A stretch of DNA of 64,000 bases from Pseudogymnoascus verrucosus (GCA_001662655.1 KV460245.1), one strand, 5' to 3'; shown: positions 11,232 through 22,749, counted from the first letter of the stretch. Notes: generated by a model not told the origin, from the sequence alone. Made by a program: numbers and translations.

Positions 11232-11729
11232 TTACTGCCAGTCCTGTAAGAGCTGGAGTGAGAGCTGGAGCTCTAGCTTTGTGTGCTGGCAATCGAGCTG
11301 TGCCAGCTGTAACTTGTTCCGCGCGTACTGTAGCATGCGCTGATCGTATCTGTACTCGCGCTTCCAGCCGATATACTGGAGCTTAAAATAGTGCCTCTGG
11401 AGCTGCGGGTACTGGTCCGAGCCCTCTAGATGTAGTTCCTCGAGCCACAGGTATAGTTCCTCCAGCAGTGAGTTTTTTTCATCAATCTCTAAGCATTCTT
11501 CATTGAGCTGTAAGCGTTCTCTATCGAGCTGTAACTTTTTTTGATCGCGCTGCGAGCGTATTTCTTTGATCTGTGACATTTGCTCCTCGATTGAGGTAGG
11601 CTCTTTGGCTATGGAAGCGGGTGCAAGTGCGGGCTCATGTACAGGTGCGGGTGCGTCGGCCGGGACGGGGGCTGGGGCTGGGGACGCGGTTTCCGCGTAT
11701 GGTGGAGGAGGAGGTGCGGTGGTGGTCAT
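11232..11729 (-). CDS. Array member 5: PPxY plus coiled-coil protein, 165 aa; closest to 9376-9933
   Basis: MTTTAPPPPPYAET start; RLQLNEECLEI matches RLQINEQCWQL; RYDQRMLQY matches PYDQSRVKY. Confidence 0.75.
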   Translation of the reverse strand: MTTTAPPPPPYAETASPAPAPVPADAPAPVHEPALAPASIAKEPTSIEEQMSQIKEIRSQRDQKKLQLDRERLQLNEECLEIDEKNSLLEELYLWLEELHLEGSDQYPQLQRHYFKLQYIGWKREYRYDQRMLQYARNKLQLAQLDCQHTKLELQLSLQLLQDWQ

Positions 11730-11851
11730 TGGTGCTGGTGTTGATATTAATATTGACTGTTGTTAATATTGAGGCTGATATTTGAGAATCTTGTGTTAGA
11801 TATTGTGGGGGCGGGGGGTAGCGCCTCCTTTTATGGTTCAGGAGGCGGGGA

Positions 11852-11865
11852 TCGTACGTTTATTT
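11852..11865 (-). promoter_or_regulatory. Array upstream element copy 5 (AAATAAACGTACGA)
   Basis: Exact consensus; CATAAAA about 20 bp downstream. Confidence 0.65.
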
Positions 11866-12020
11866 AGAGGAGTACGAAAATTGTTTAATGGGACTATAGG
11901 CCTTATATGTTCACTTAGTGCTGTTAATAGCGAGGGCTTAAAATAGTTGGTTTCTTCCATATAATTAATAGAAACACGTTCCAAACTCCCCATCCAAACT
12001 CCCATCCTCAGCCCACCCCC

Positions 12021-12545
12021 TCACTCTCTCATCAAATAAAGAAACCCCATCATCACCATACAAATAAGAAGGAACGGCATCAGCTTCCTTACATCTTCAT
12101 CCATCACTTCCTTCCCCCTCCCCTCCTTTAACATCCGTTCCTGCGCCTCCACTCTAGCAACTAGCCGCCTCTCCATACCCCCTAACTCTTTCACCATCTG
12201 CCTCCGCATCTTGTCCACCACATCCTCTACTACGCGACGTTGTGTTGCAGCCGTTATATCGTAGAGGCTTGATGCTCTAGGTTCGGGCTCTGCAGGGGTG
12301 GTAGAAGCTTCTCCTGCAGGAGCTTTAGGATTTGCTGGGCCAGGCCTAGGAGCGGCGACGGCGGCGGCGGCGACAGTGTATGGTGGCGGGGTGGTCATTG
12401 GTGGTGCTGCTGATGATGGCGGGATTTGCGCACAGTGTGGTGTATCTAGTCGTGGAGATGAAGAAGGGGGTTGCGAGTGCAATAATGCCCTGCCTTCCAA
12501 ATCGTTGAGGAAATGGTTTGTCATGTCTATCATGCCGTAATCCAT
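12021..12545 (-). CDS. Array member 6: PPxY plus coiled coil plus C-terminal TM (tail-anchor-like); ATG 12545 or 12398
   Basis: MTTPPPY at 12398; ELGGMERRLVARVEAQ resembles RLSGMEKRL of member 4; terminal LMPFLLICMVMMGFLYL. Confidence 0.7.
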   Translation of the reverse strand: MDYGMIDMTNHFLNDLEGRALLHSQPPSSSPRLDTPHCAQIPPSSAAPPMTTPPPYTVAAAAVAAPRPGPANPKAPAGEASTTPAEPEPRASSLYDITAATQRRVVEDVVDKMRRQMVKELGGMERRLVARVEAQERMLKEGRGKEVMDEDVRKLMPFLLICMVMMGFLYLMRE

Positions 12546-12659
12546 GGGTGTCGGTGGTTGGCGATACTGGCGGTGATACTGGGGGTTTTGGGAAGTTTGG
12601 AATGGGGATGGGGAAAGGGTTGGCACGTTTTTTATATATTTTGGGGTGGCTTGACAGGA

Positions 12660-12673
12660 TCGTACGTTTATTT
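12660..12673 (-). promoter_or_regulatory. Array upstream element copy 6 (AAATAAACGTACGA)
   Basis: Exact consensus; TATATAAAA at ~12630-12638. Confidence 0.65.
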
Positions 12674-13525
12674 GAGTAGGTGGGACTGTATTTTTCCTTT
12701 ATGAGACCATCGGGGTCCTCGTCCATCGAAATATGATAAATCAGTTGATAATTTGATACAGTCCCCTAAGGAAATAATATACGGATGGGATTTAACCAGC
12801 CTTGAAATACTAAATATAAAAACCAAAGCCCATAATTGATGGAAGACAACCTAGGAGAGTTCCTTAAAAAATTTACCATATTTGCCAGTCGTGAATTCTC
12901 GCCTGAGAAGATGGCGACACGCTACTGTCATAGAGTCACTGAACTCAAAGCTAGTGGCACTAAGTTGCGCCGCTATGTACCTGCTGCCACCGAGCGTGTT
13001 TTCATCAGTGGGCAGTTTGCTGTCATTAGCGGTGTTCCTGTTGGTGGACGTTCTTGCTGTTGGTAGTGGTAGTTCCTGCTGTCTGACGTTCTTGCCTTCT
13101 CGCTGCCCCTCTAATTTGCACCCATGCGGCTGCACATAATAGGATAGGGTCCATAAATCGATATTAGATCCCAAGACGTTGCCATCCTGGCCTGCACAGC
13201 ATCTCCCGAACACACTAATGCCACATGATTGTCGCATTTGGCAATGAATAGCGCTTGATAGTACTGCAGGAAGAGTTAACAAGTGAAGAATACGATTTGA
13301 GTGACTGATCAACACATTCCCCCTAACAGACTCTCACGCCCCTCCACCCCCTATTAATTACTTGCTTTATTCTCCAAGGTTTATATTCTAGGATGAGGAA
13401 TACCGCAACCCGATCACTCACATGAGATGGTTTATAAATATGATCCACAATACACATCAATGACCTCAATTACTATACCAACAAACTATCCAATATGCAT
13501 CCCATCACACCCCTCCATTCATCTC

Positions 13526-14396
13526 TCAAACCTTCACCAACCTCCCCTGACAGCCCGTCCCCAACTCCCTCCCTCGTTTCCTCATCTTCCACAAGCCCCT
13601 CACTCGGCGCCTACCGCTCTTGAGTGGCACCTGAGCCACAAAACTCTCCTTCTTCTCTATATCCTTGCTGCCCTCTTCTTCCGACTGCGCTTCAACCGAC
13701 ATCTCAGCCTCCACCTCTAACAACCCCGTCTCCACAAATCTCGTCACCCTCCCCCTCGGCACCCCACGAGGCACATACGTCCCTTCAAGCGACCATGTAA
13801 TTCCCGGCTTCTTCTCCCTTCTCGCAATATCATCGCAAAGTTCAACTAGCTCATCCCTATCCGGCGCCGGCAGACCTAGGTTGAACGCTCTGGCAGCGGC
13901 GTAGCGCGTGGCGGTGCGGCCAAGTAGTGTGCTGTGGACGTCGAATAGTGTGGTGGGGGAGTCGTCGATGGTTTGGGTTTCTGCTGGTATTGGGGTAGTG
14001 GGGATGGGTCCCTTGATGTCTGCTGGTATCGAGATAGCCGGGACGGAAGCCTCGGTCTCTACTACGGGCTCTGATGAGCAGGCGCCGATGGCTTTAGGTC
14101 GGTCTTCAACACGCGTCTTTAGGAGGGGTGCCTTGGGGATCACCTGGGCATGTAGGTGTGAAGTTGCAAATGCTTCGGGAGAGGTACAGGTTTTCCTTGG
14201 GAGCTTGGAGGACGCAGCGAGGGAATGGAGACGGGCTTTCACTCGTTTGAGGGTTGACACGGCTAAAGGCATGTCCTTGGCGCTGTAGGGTTGGTTTGCG
14301 CAGCGCTGGGACGAGATAATAGCAAATGCGGATTGCGGCTGTTGGAGCTCGCTGGCTTGCTTGCCCGTGGCTGCTTGAGGCTCTGGAGCGGGCATG
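13526..14396 (-). CDS. Hypothetical protein, about 290 aa
   Basis: Long open frame from ATG (MPAPEPQ...), Pro/Thr-rich middle, no recognisable domain. Confidence 0.55.
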
Positions 14397-14970
14397 GTGT
14401 GTATGGCAATGCGTGGTATGGAAGGCAATTAATATAGGTGGGAATATTGTTCAAATGAGACTGAAATGTTGGGTTATGATATTTGAGGCAGTTGACCTGA
14501 CGACTGAGAGTTGTGCTGAGACGGTATATTTATTGTGCAGAAGAACGAAAGGAAGTAGACAAGAGAGAGAGAGATAAATAAAGCATGTTCCAACCAACCT
14601 GGCATCATTTTAAAATTGTCTGGCAGTACTCACATTTAGGCAGGTCTTTCGAGGGGCCGGACCGGGAGCTAAAGTTAGTTATCAAAAGTTGACACCACCC
14701 GAACACCATAGCTCCAAAGGCAGACCTTCAAACCCTAAATTAGCTCCACGCCGTCGACATCTCAAAGCATTCACGTGCAGCTTTTAGCTCTTGCAAAACC
14801 AAAGATGTAGCTTCTTTTTTCTGGTTGGATTCTCAACCTGTGTTAGAGCCCGGGTATCATTGTAAATCTAACCGTTCTTAGTCTCCAGCTCCAAAAACGC
14901 CGCCAATATGCAACCATCGCCGAACCATCTACCCCCCCATTCCTTGAGCGCCTCACCCCATATACCCAGT

Positions 14971-17900
14971 TCAACCCAAACTAATCATCGCCTCGTCGTT
15001 CAATGGCTTCGGAGTCTGCAGAGTAAGATCGTCTGGAACCACCTCTTCTCTTGTAGCTATACTTCTGGCTGGGGACGCAGATCTTACTTCTGCCGCCTGG
15101 AAGGCACTGTTTTTAAGCGCAGCCTGCCTCTCAGCCTTGCGGAGGTTATTCTTTGCTTCCCGCTGCCGTATAAGATCCTTCTCCGCCTCGATAGCTTTAT
15201 TGCGGCGGGACTCAACATCCTCCCTCCGTACCACCCTGCGTAGCCCCTCTGATGCATGAATCAAGCCGTCAATGCTGATAGCATGGTTGGTCATCTGGTG
15301 GTTGATGTACGTGTATATACCGGCCGGCGTCGGGCACTGCAGAAGCTGCTTCTCATTGAGCTTGAGTAGGGCCAGCGCGACCTGGAACAGAAAAGTGCTG
15401 CCATCGTTGATACAGAATACCACATCCCAGACGCGGAATAGCGCCTCGGCTGACAGGCAGTCTGTGAATACGCTCAGAAACCACTGGAAAGTTAGCGCCT
15501 CTAGCTCGATACCTAGCTCGTCGAGGTGCTTCGACAGTTTCGGCAGGAGCTCTGCTACAAAGTGGCGCAGAACTTGCTGGTCAGCACGTGATGCGAGGAG
15601 GCTATGGTCGTAATATCCTTGTGGTAGGATATTCTCGATAATGCTTGTAAGTAGCCAGAAGGCGTCCTCGGCTGTAGGCATAATCAAGAGAAGGCAAGCC
15701 GTAATCAAGTTCATGCCTTGGCAATATCCCACTTCCTTGTTCCTTCTAGAGTAGGCTAAAAGCACTTCCTCCAGCTTCGCGACGCCTGGGCCTCGCCTGA
15801 AGAAGATGTTGTCCGTCAGAGTGCGGTTTATATCCATGCTGATTTGTGAGACGATAATAGGATCATCGTTTCCATCGCGATTCGTAACAAGATCATCGTA
15901 ATAACCGGGGACTCGTAGAGTAGTAGCCCCCGAGCATTCCGCCCAAATCTTTGCACGGTATGACACTGGGATTCCAGATAACACCAGCTGCTTGAACTCT
16001 TGCCACTTTGCCCTCCCAGCTTTTCCTTTATTTCCAAGTCCTGAGACTCCGATGATCTCGCCGTCTGTTATGCTGACTTCGGGCATGACTGTCTTGGATC
16101 GTTGTGACTTCGAGTCCCCCGCAGCCGCTGTGGCAGCCTCGCTCTCACGCTTACGCTCAGCGCGTACTTTGCGAAGGAAATCATTCCATTTAACAGTTTT
16201 CTCGCGCTGCAGAGAATCATGCACCTCTCCAAGCTGCTTTAGAAGCAGCTTCACAGGCTCAATATCCTCTTCTGCCAATGGGACAGCGGACTTTGTAGAA
16301 ACTGACGTCGAAACGGTCGTGGATACAGTTGGTACGGCAACCGTGACATTTGTAGGTGGTACAAAGCCTCCATCAGATGCTTTCATCCCAACAAGCTTTG
16401 GCGCCTCCTCGCCTTCCATAACTTCCAGATTGGGTAAACTCATCGAGGGAGTGTGCGAAAGCAGCTCCGTCGGGAACGTCGCTATCTTCAGGTAGTCTTG
16501 CCACTTTTTGCCCGGTTTGCCATTCTCGACAGGCTCTTCTGTTGACAACGGCGTGTCTGGCCTTTCATCAACTTCAGCACTGGTATCTATAATAGTCTCC
16601 GGAGACGAGATGGTATCTCTAGCAGTGTTGATCATTTCCGTCCTGCTTCCGTGTCTTCCGTGCTTCGTGTTCTTCAGGGTATCAGTAGCATCCTTCTGCC
16701 TCTTCTTCCGTCTCTGGTCGTAAATGAAGCCAAATCGATCCGTTAGAAACTCCGGGTTATATTGATGGTTATTGACTTGAGTGACGGTAGGCGGCTGGTT
16801 CTCGAAAGGTAGAATTGTGTCCATCTCAACGGGTCCGTAGTTGGTCACATCCGTCGCCTTGTCTTGCTGGTCCGCGGCAATAGCTTGAAGTCCATTGCGG
16901 GTTGGACCGCCTGAAGAGGTTCCACTGATTGTCCTGCGATTACCCTGTAATACCCTACCAGTCTGGCGCGAAACAACTCTCGGTGTAGCAGCTGATGATT
17001 GAGACTTGGAAGACTGTCGCCCCGTAGCGTCATTAGACTGCCCTTGTACGGAAGACGCATCGCTATCCCGACTTGGTGTTGCAGCTCCACTAGCCCCGGC
17101 CACCAGCTTGAGGGCCATAGCTGCTAGAGACATTGAAGGCTTACGGGTCGTTTGTGAGTTAATATTGTGTAAGCTGGATGCTCTGCTCGCACGCGTAGGA
17201 GAATCCGCATCCGGCGGGTGAAACAGTCCATTTTGTAGCACACTGCGGCGATCTGCTTTTCGAGGTGGATTTGGGAGTCCTGTCGGTGCGTCCGGGTCAT
17301 CATGCTCCTCGCTGATACTGCTTGCTTGGCTGCTCTTTTTGCTGGTTCCGCCCCATATATAGTCTTTCCAGTTCCTCGTCGTCCCCTTGGATAGGTCGGG
17401 CGCCGGTGCTTGCTTCGGCTTGTCTAATGCTCGGATCGTAGCTTCGCCAGATAAGCCGTAGTCGTCGATTTCGGCGTCAATAATCATGGCGTCATTTATC
17501 ATCGTCTCCAAGCCACCAACCCCAGAGTCAGTTGCTATGCTCGCATCATCCGCATATTTCGATTCCTCGATCGCTCGGAGACGCCTCTCGAGGTCCAAGT
17601 TGGACAAGCCACATTCAAGAATGACCTTCCTCAGCGCTCTCTCCCTCTCCTCCGCCTTCTGTCGTAGCCGTGCAACCTGTGCATCCCTTTGAGCAAGGTC
17701 TGAAGAGATCTGACGGACAAGATTCACCGCCCCTTGTCGTGCTATCAAACGCTCGAGAAACTCGTCGCTGGCAAGATGTATCGCGCCAGGGACGTAGCTC
17801 GTGTTCATCGGCGCGTCATCGAACAGTGCTGATCGCGCTTCATTTGGCGGCGAGGACTGCGTCAGGCTCTCTACCATAGAGGGCGCATGGTTCGAAGTTC

Positions 17901-18348
17901 GTCTCGTCGGGAGAGCAGTCCTGTCATCGATAAGTGCCGCGTCAAAAGGACGGGGTTTCTGGAGCGACGGCGACTCGGGCGAGAATGAGGGGAATGATGT
18001 GAGTGACTTGTCGGAAGCAGCTATCGAGGACGCCGAGCTAGACGCGTATGATGGCGTCTTGCGTGATCGTACTCTCGTAGTCTGTGATCTCCGGCTCCTA
18101 GTCGAAATGTCGGAGTGCTGAGAGGAGCTCCTCTTCTGGATGTGTATGGGGTCGTCGGTCTCCATCGAGCCGTCAAGGGAAACCTCAAGGTGGCGGCAGT
18201 GCACGCATCGGTAAGCCTTTCTCAAAACGAAGCTCTCCAAACGATCAAGAGTGTTAGGGCTACTGAAACGCTGTAGTTGGTCGCAGGTTGGCGTTGTTGT
18301 GCGAGCGGTCTGAGGTGCGTTGTCAGTTAGAGGGGCCAAACTCGTCAT
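14971..18348 (-). CDS. TBC-domain Rab GTPase-activating protein with an N-terminal coiled coil (start may be ATG 18165)
   Basis: TBC signatures GIPVSYRAKIW, ISMDINRT (arginine finger), GYCQGMN (glutamine finger), AFWLL, WFLSVF, RVWD. Confidence 0.92.
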   Translation of the reverse strand: MTSLAPLTDNAPQTARTTTPTCDQLQRFSSPNTLDRLESFVLRKAYRCVHCRHLEVSLDGSMETDDPIHIQKRSSSQHSDISTRSRRSQTTRVRSRKTPSYASSSASSIAASDKSLTSFPSFSPESPSLQKPRPFDAALIDDRTALPTRRTSNHAPSMVESLTQSSPPNEARSALFDDAPMNTSYVPGAIHLASDEFLERLIARQGAVNLVRQISSDLAQRDAQVARLRQKAEERERALRKVILECGLSNLDLERRLRAIEESKYADDASIATDSGVGGLETMINDAMIIDAEIDDYGLSGEATIRALDKPKQAPAPDLSKGTTRNWKDYIWGGTSKKSSQASSISEEHDDPDAPTGLPNPPRKADRRSVLQNGLFHPPDADSPTRASRASSLHNINSQTTRKPSMSLAAMALKLVAGASGAATPSRDSDASSVQGQSNDATGRQSSKSQSSAATPRVVSRQTGRVLQGNRRTISGTSSGGPTRNGLQAIAADQQDKATDVTNYGPVEMDTILPFENQPPTVTQVNNHQYNPEFLTDRFGFIYDQRRKKRQKDATDTLKNTKHGRHGSRTEMINTARDTISSPETIIDTSAEVDERPDTPLSTEEPVENGKPGKKWQDYLKIATFPTELLSHTPSMSLPNLEVMEGEEAPKLVGMKASDGGFVPPTNVTVAVPTVSTTVSTSVSTKSAVPLAEEDIEPVKLLLKQLGEVHDSLQREKTVKWNDFLRKVRAERKRESEAATAAAGDSKSQRSKTVMPEVSITDGEIIGVSGLGNKGKAGRAKWQEFKQLVLSGIPVSYRAKIWAECSGATTLRVPGYYDDLVTNRDGNDDPIIVSQISMDINRTLTDNIFFRRGPGVAKLEEVLLAYSRRNKEVGYCQGMNLITACLLLIMPTAEDAFWLLTSIIENILPQGYYDHSLLASRADQQVLRHFVAELLPKLSKHLDELGIELEALTFQWFLSVFTDCLSAEALFRVWDVVFCINDGSTFLFQVALALLKLNEKQLLQCPTPAGIYTYINHQMTNHAISIDGLIHASEGLRRVVRREDVESRRNKAIEAEKDLIRQREAKNNLRKAERQAALKNSAFQAAEVRSASPARSIATREEVVPDDLTLQTPKPLNDEAMISLG

Positions 18349-18674
18349 TCCTCATGGAACGCACAGGCAGGGCCTAGGCACGCGATGCCTTAGCTGCTAC
18401 TTACCAGTGGCGATATAGAGCCTAAGCGGCTCTTGAAGAGAGATATTCTCCTCGTATACGACTGAGAACGGGTGTGACCAGGTAGTAGTAAGCTTGCAGT
18501 TGCTGTATAATGCAAGTCGAGAGAATGTGGGAAGTGAGTGGGAGCTTTACTCAGTGACGCCAATACCACACTGACGCACACAACAACAAGAATCAACAAA
18601 ATGTTCCAGGTTTCCGGTGCCCACGTTAACCACGATAAGCCAAAAGTGCAGTGTAGCCTTGCGAGGTGTTTTAG

Positions 18675-18682
18675 GTCACGTG
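18675..18682. promoter_or_regulatory. GTCACGTG E-box in a divergent promoter
   Basis: bHLH-type consensus between the divergent TBC and SDR genes; the same octamer occurs at 40571 and 44513. Confidence 0.35.
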
Positions 18683-18906
18683 TTGTACTTATCGCATCAG
18701 CCTCGGCGGCCTCGGCCTCGGCTCCCCCCCCAAGCTACTCCCCGCATTCTCCAATACGTACCCTGCAGCTAAGTTAGGAAGGCCCAGAATAATCAGTTCA
18801 ATGCTCTGGTAGTCTGCGCCTCCCCAGTATATATATACCCATTCCTTCACCCCCTAATAACCAATTCAACTCTCCTTCTCACTTCAACTTTCATATAATA
18901 TCCACC

Positions 18907-19918
18907 ATGTCCACCCGATCCTCCGCCGCCTCCGTCGCCAAGCGCCGCCTCTCAGCGCTCAGCGAGCAGCTCGTCTCTCCCATCCCCGACCAAGGCACCT
19001 TCGAGAACATCCCCAAGCTCAAGAAGGTCGCTGGTGCCTCCGCTGGCCCACGCGCAGCAGGGAAAGTCGTAATCATCACCGGTACGTCCAGCCCCCTCCC
19101 TCCCACCAATCCCCTCTAACACAAATGCAGGCACCAACAGCCCCATGGGCATCGGCCGCGCAACAGCTCACCAGTACGCTGAGAACGGCGCCCGCGCCAT
19201 CTACCTCTGCGACTTCGCCGACTCGCACCTCGCAACCCACAAGCGTGAGCTGGCCTCCCTCTTCCCCTCCGTCGACGTACACATCCGTCAATTCGACGCT
19301 GGTGAGGCATCAGGCGTCAAGGCGGTCGTCGATGACGCCCTAGCCACCTACGGCCGTCTCGACGTCTTCTTCGCCAACGCAGGTATCGTAGGCGTGCCTA
19401 AGATCTTCACCGAGATCGAGGCAGACGAGTTCCTCGCCACCTTGAAGACAAACACCGTCTCTGTCTTCCTGGCTGCCAAGTATGCCGCGCCAGCCATGCA
19501 GACCACCTCCCCCTCCAAGCCCTACCCCTCCGGCTCCATCATCGGTACTGCCTCCGTAGCTGGTCTGCGCTCCAATGCTGGCTCGACGGATTACTCGTGC
19601 AGCAAGTCGGGCGTCGTTTCCATTGCTCAGACTATTGCCTTCCAGCTCGCTGGGACGGGTGTGCGTATCAACGCGCTGTGCCCCGGTGTGATCGAGACGG
19701 GAATGACGGCGCCGATGTACGATGCGGCTAGGGAGCGCGGGACGCAGGCGAAGATTGGGCAGTTGAACCCGCTGAGGAGAGGTGCCCATGCGGATGAGGT
19801 CGCGAGGGTGGCGCTGTTTTTGGGGAGCGATGAGAGTAGTTATGTTAATGGACAGGCGTGGGCGGTTGATGGGGGGTTGAGTGCGGGACATCCGTTTGTG
19901 CAGGGGAAGCTGGCGTAG
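18907..19918 (+). CDS. Short-chain dehydrogenase/reductase with a putative PTS2
   Basis: Intron 19082-19130. Motifs TGTNSPMGIG, NAG, catalytic YSCSK, RINALCPG, SYVNGQ...DGG. Confidence 0.92.
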
Positions 19919-20451
19919 AGTAGCTAAGTGAGGGGAGTAGGTTGTATCTATAGATCATGCATGAATTGGAAATGTCTCCTATTTTTAAATTATGATTGTT
20001 GTGCATACGACCAGTGTTACTCGAATAACGATAATTACTATGTTTCACAGCATAGTAATTAAGTACGCTCTAAGACCGCGGATATTCAAAGCGTTTGCCG
20101 CGTTTGTACTGTTGCTTAACGTATCCTTTGCTTTCGTTTTGCATCCTAGCTTTAGTTAAGTTTTTACCTTGGTAGAAATAAACCTCTCGTTCGACAAAGC
20201 AGGGCGTCGGACATTATCTACTCGCTGGTTCCTGAAGGCTTTTGCCTCAATGCCTCCTTTTCTCCTGGTGAAAGGGCGTCAATGAATGGAGATCATATGG
20301 TGGTCATGAGCTCACAGAGCGCCTCTCCGCCGAGGTGAGATTAGCGTCCCCATCAGCAGTTTAACCAAGTTTGGGACTCCGGGAACAGAGATGACGGGGA
20401 GGAACTGAGTAAGACGAGGACCGGGATAAGGATTAGATTGATGAAGGGCAC

Positions 20452-20470
20452 ATATATATATATATATATA
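20452..20470. repeat. (AT)n microsatellite
   Basis: Run of alternating AT. Confidence 0.85.
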
Positions 20471-20767
20471 TCAGCGCACCGCAGTCTATCTTTGCAATCT
20501 ACTATGTCCGCTGATAATGCTAGTGTCTCAGACACGTCCGTCAGTCATAAGTATCCAACCCCACGTCTCCCACCAGTCAGTCTCCCAGCGCCGGAACCCA
20601 CCACTCAGTGTCTGTCATCAGCCAGAATGCAGTCAGGCGCTGTCTGCCCATCAACTGTGTATCATGAGATTGGGTAATGTACACGGGGCGAGGCCCCCAA
20701 TCCATCGCCTCCCCCCGTTTCAGCCTCTATCGTTCTATGTATGTCGTTGCCACTTGCGCCTTCGTCA

Positions 20768-22749
20768 TTACACGTACGGACTGTGCTCCCTCATTCCTAT
20801 GCCGAGCAGTTCGAAGATGATGGGGTTGATCTCAACTGCTAACCAACCGATTCCTATCTCCTGTCAGCTCCAGTTCCATCATATTCCGTTAAATAGCAGT
20901 CCGGGGGCTGTGAGGAGAACATACCTGTATAAACAACCAACTTCGTAACGACCTCCACATCATACCTAACTCTCGGCTTCTCCAACCTCGAAAACATCTC
21001 TCTCTCACCCAATTCATTCTCCGTCCCCACCATAAGGTCCCCCTCCGTCCCCCTATCCCCACGTAACTTCGTCGCATCCCAATCCTGCGGGACCCTCTCC
21101 TCAGTACTCGGCGTCGGCGGGCTAACAATAACATGTCCCTGCCCCATCATCTGCTCATAACCCCCCAACCTGCTCTGCAACGACGTAGGCACCCCATTCG
21201 GCAGAGAAATCTGCGACGAAAGCCCTCCCCCCTCGCCAGTGTCCAGCTTCAGTCCCTGTGCCTCCGACCCGACGGTTTGTACATGTGTGGCCTTGTTCGT
21301 CGAGCTACCCCGAGAGTGGCTCGGCGATGGCGTCCCCATGCTCTCGCGTCGGCGCTTGTCCCGGTACGCGAGCGTCTCGTATGCATCAGCTGCAGACTGC
21401 GGACCGATGGAGACGGCGCGTCCGCGACCAGGATGACGGATGGACGTCAGCAACGACGGCAGATCTGAGACACTGGGCATGACGTTATCGACACGCAGGC
21501 TTGCAGGGATCTTCTTGTACTCGCTAGCGGGCATGAAGAACTTCCTAGGCAGAATGAGGCCGAACTGCTCGATGAAGCGGAAGAGGTGGGGAAGCGACTT
21601 GAGCATGGCTGGCTTCATGACTTCGCGCCACATGAAGATAATGAGGACGCCGACGAGGATGCGCGTGATAGCCATGGGCCAACCCATGTGGTCGAGGGAG
21701 AAAGGCACGGTGGCTGGGACGGGGTGGGACCACGAGAATGACGAGTTGCTGTAGTGCCAGTCGCCGAGTTCACAACCTATCATGACGCCGGCGAAGGCGA
21801 CTGAGTCGTCGAAGCAGGGGCAGTCGTCTGCGGGTTCGGGGTGGATGCGAACCAGGATGATGATTACGACTGCGACGAGGAGCGGGGCGCGCCAGGACGA
21901 GTTGTGGAGGTAGTTGTCGATGTCGCCGCCGTAGACGCACTCGATGATGGAGATGGTGGCACCCATCAGAGACCCGATTATGACATCTAGAAAGCCGTGC
22001 ATGCCGCAGTACAGGCGCCCAAGAATAATGGAGAGGGCGTATGCATAGGAGAGACCTTCGAGAATGAGCTTCGTGGTTGGGGCGAGGGGGCAGTCCGGTG
22101 CGCGAAGAGTGAAGAGCGCATAGACTGCCACGGAGACGGCATTGGCGGAGTGGGTAGACGGGAAGCCATATTCGAGCGCCGCAGATCCAGACATAGTTAT
22201 GCGGTGGAGAGGGGGCGAGAGAGGCCGAGGAAGTGATAACATGTCCTTGAGGAAGCCTGTAAAGAAGACGCCGTTCGCGAGGATGTGTACCATTCCGCGG
22301 CCAAGTGAAGTATATCCGCACCAGAAGAGGATGGGCAGGACGACCATGAAGAAGGTATGGGTTCCGAGGTTGGCAGTGATGGCGAAGTAGGAGTCGAGTG
22401 CTGGTGAGCGCATTTTATCCTGCATCCAGGCCAAGTATGGAGTCTCCAGCCGTATAAGGGGCAGAAGGGACTGGCGCAACTTGTATCGCCATGGTGGGAG
22501 TTTACGTCTATCTGCGATGCCAAATAGTTAGCAATTGGTCAAGCAAATGCACGACAGTGGTGCTGGTATAGCGCATCCATTTGCGTTTCGTAACATACAG
22601 TGATCCAGACTCCTCATCCCCGCATCGTGATTGTTCGATGAGGCGGGGGGCGTGGGAGACGTGTCAATCGCTATCTCAGGGAGCACGGCATCGTCGAGGT
22701 CCGGGAACTTCTCGAGTTCGCCGTGGGATGCATTGGGCGAAGAATACAT
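20768..22749 (-). CDS. LCB3: Sphingoid long-chain base-1-phosphate phosphatase (PAP2 family, LCB3/YSR3-like)
   Basis: PAP2 motifs KDMLSLPRP, EYGFPSTH, GRLYCGMHGFLD; PADDCPCFDD. Introns 22512-22598 and 20854-20924; last exon GIGWLAVE... ends at the stop at 20768. Confidence 0.88.

Noticed and set aside
7440..12673. Array read as a CRISPR-like locus or LTR/transposon repeats
   Set aside because: Fungal genome; the recurring 14-mers are about 0.8-1.1 kb apart and precede ORFs; no transposase, RT, terminal repeats or target-site duplications seen.
12851..13315. 154-aa ORF with Cys residues and a hydrophobic start
   Set aside because: No in-frame ATG at the start (GTG) and no family motif; may be a relic but I cannot support it.
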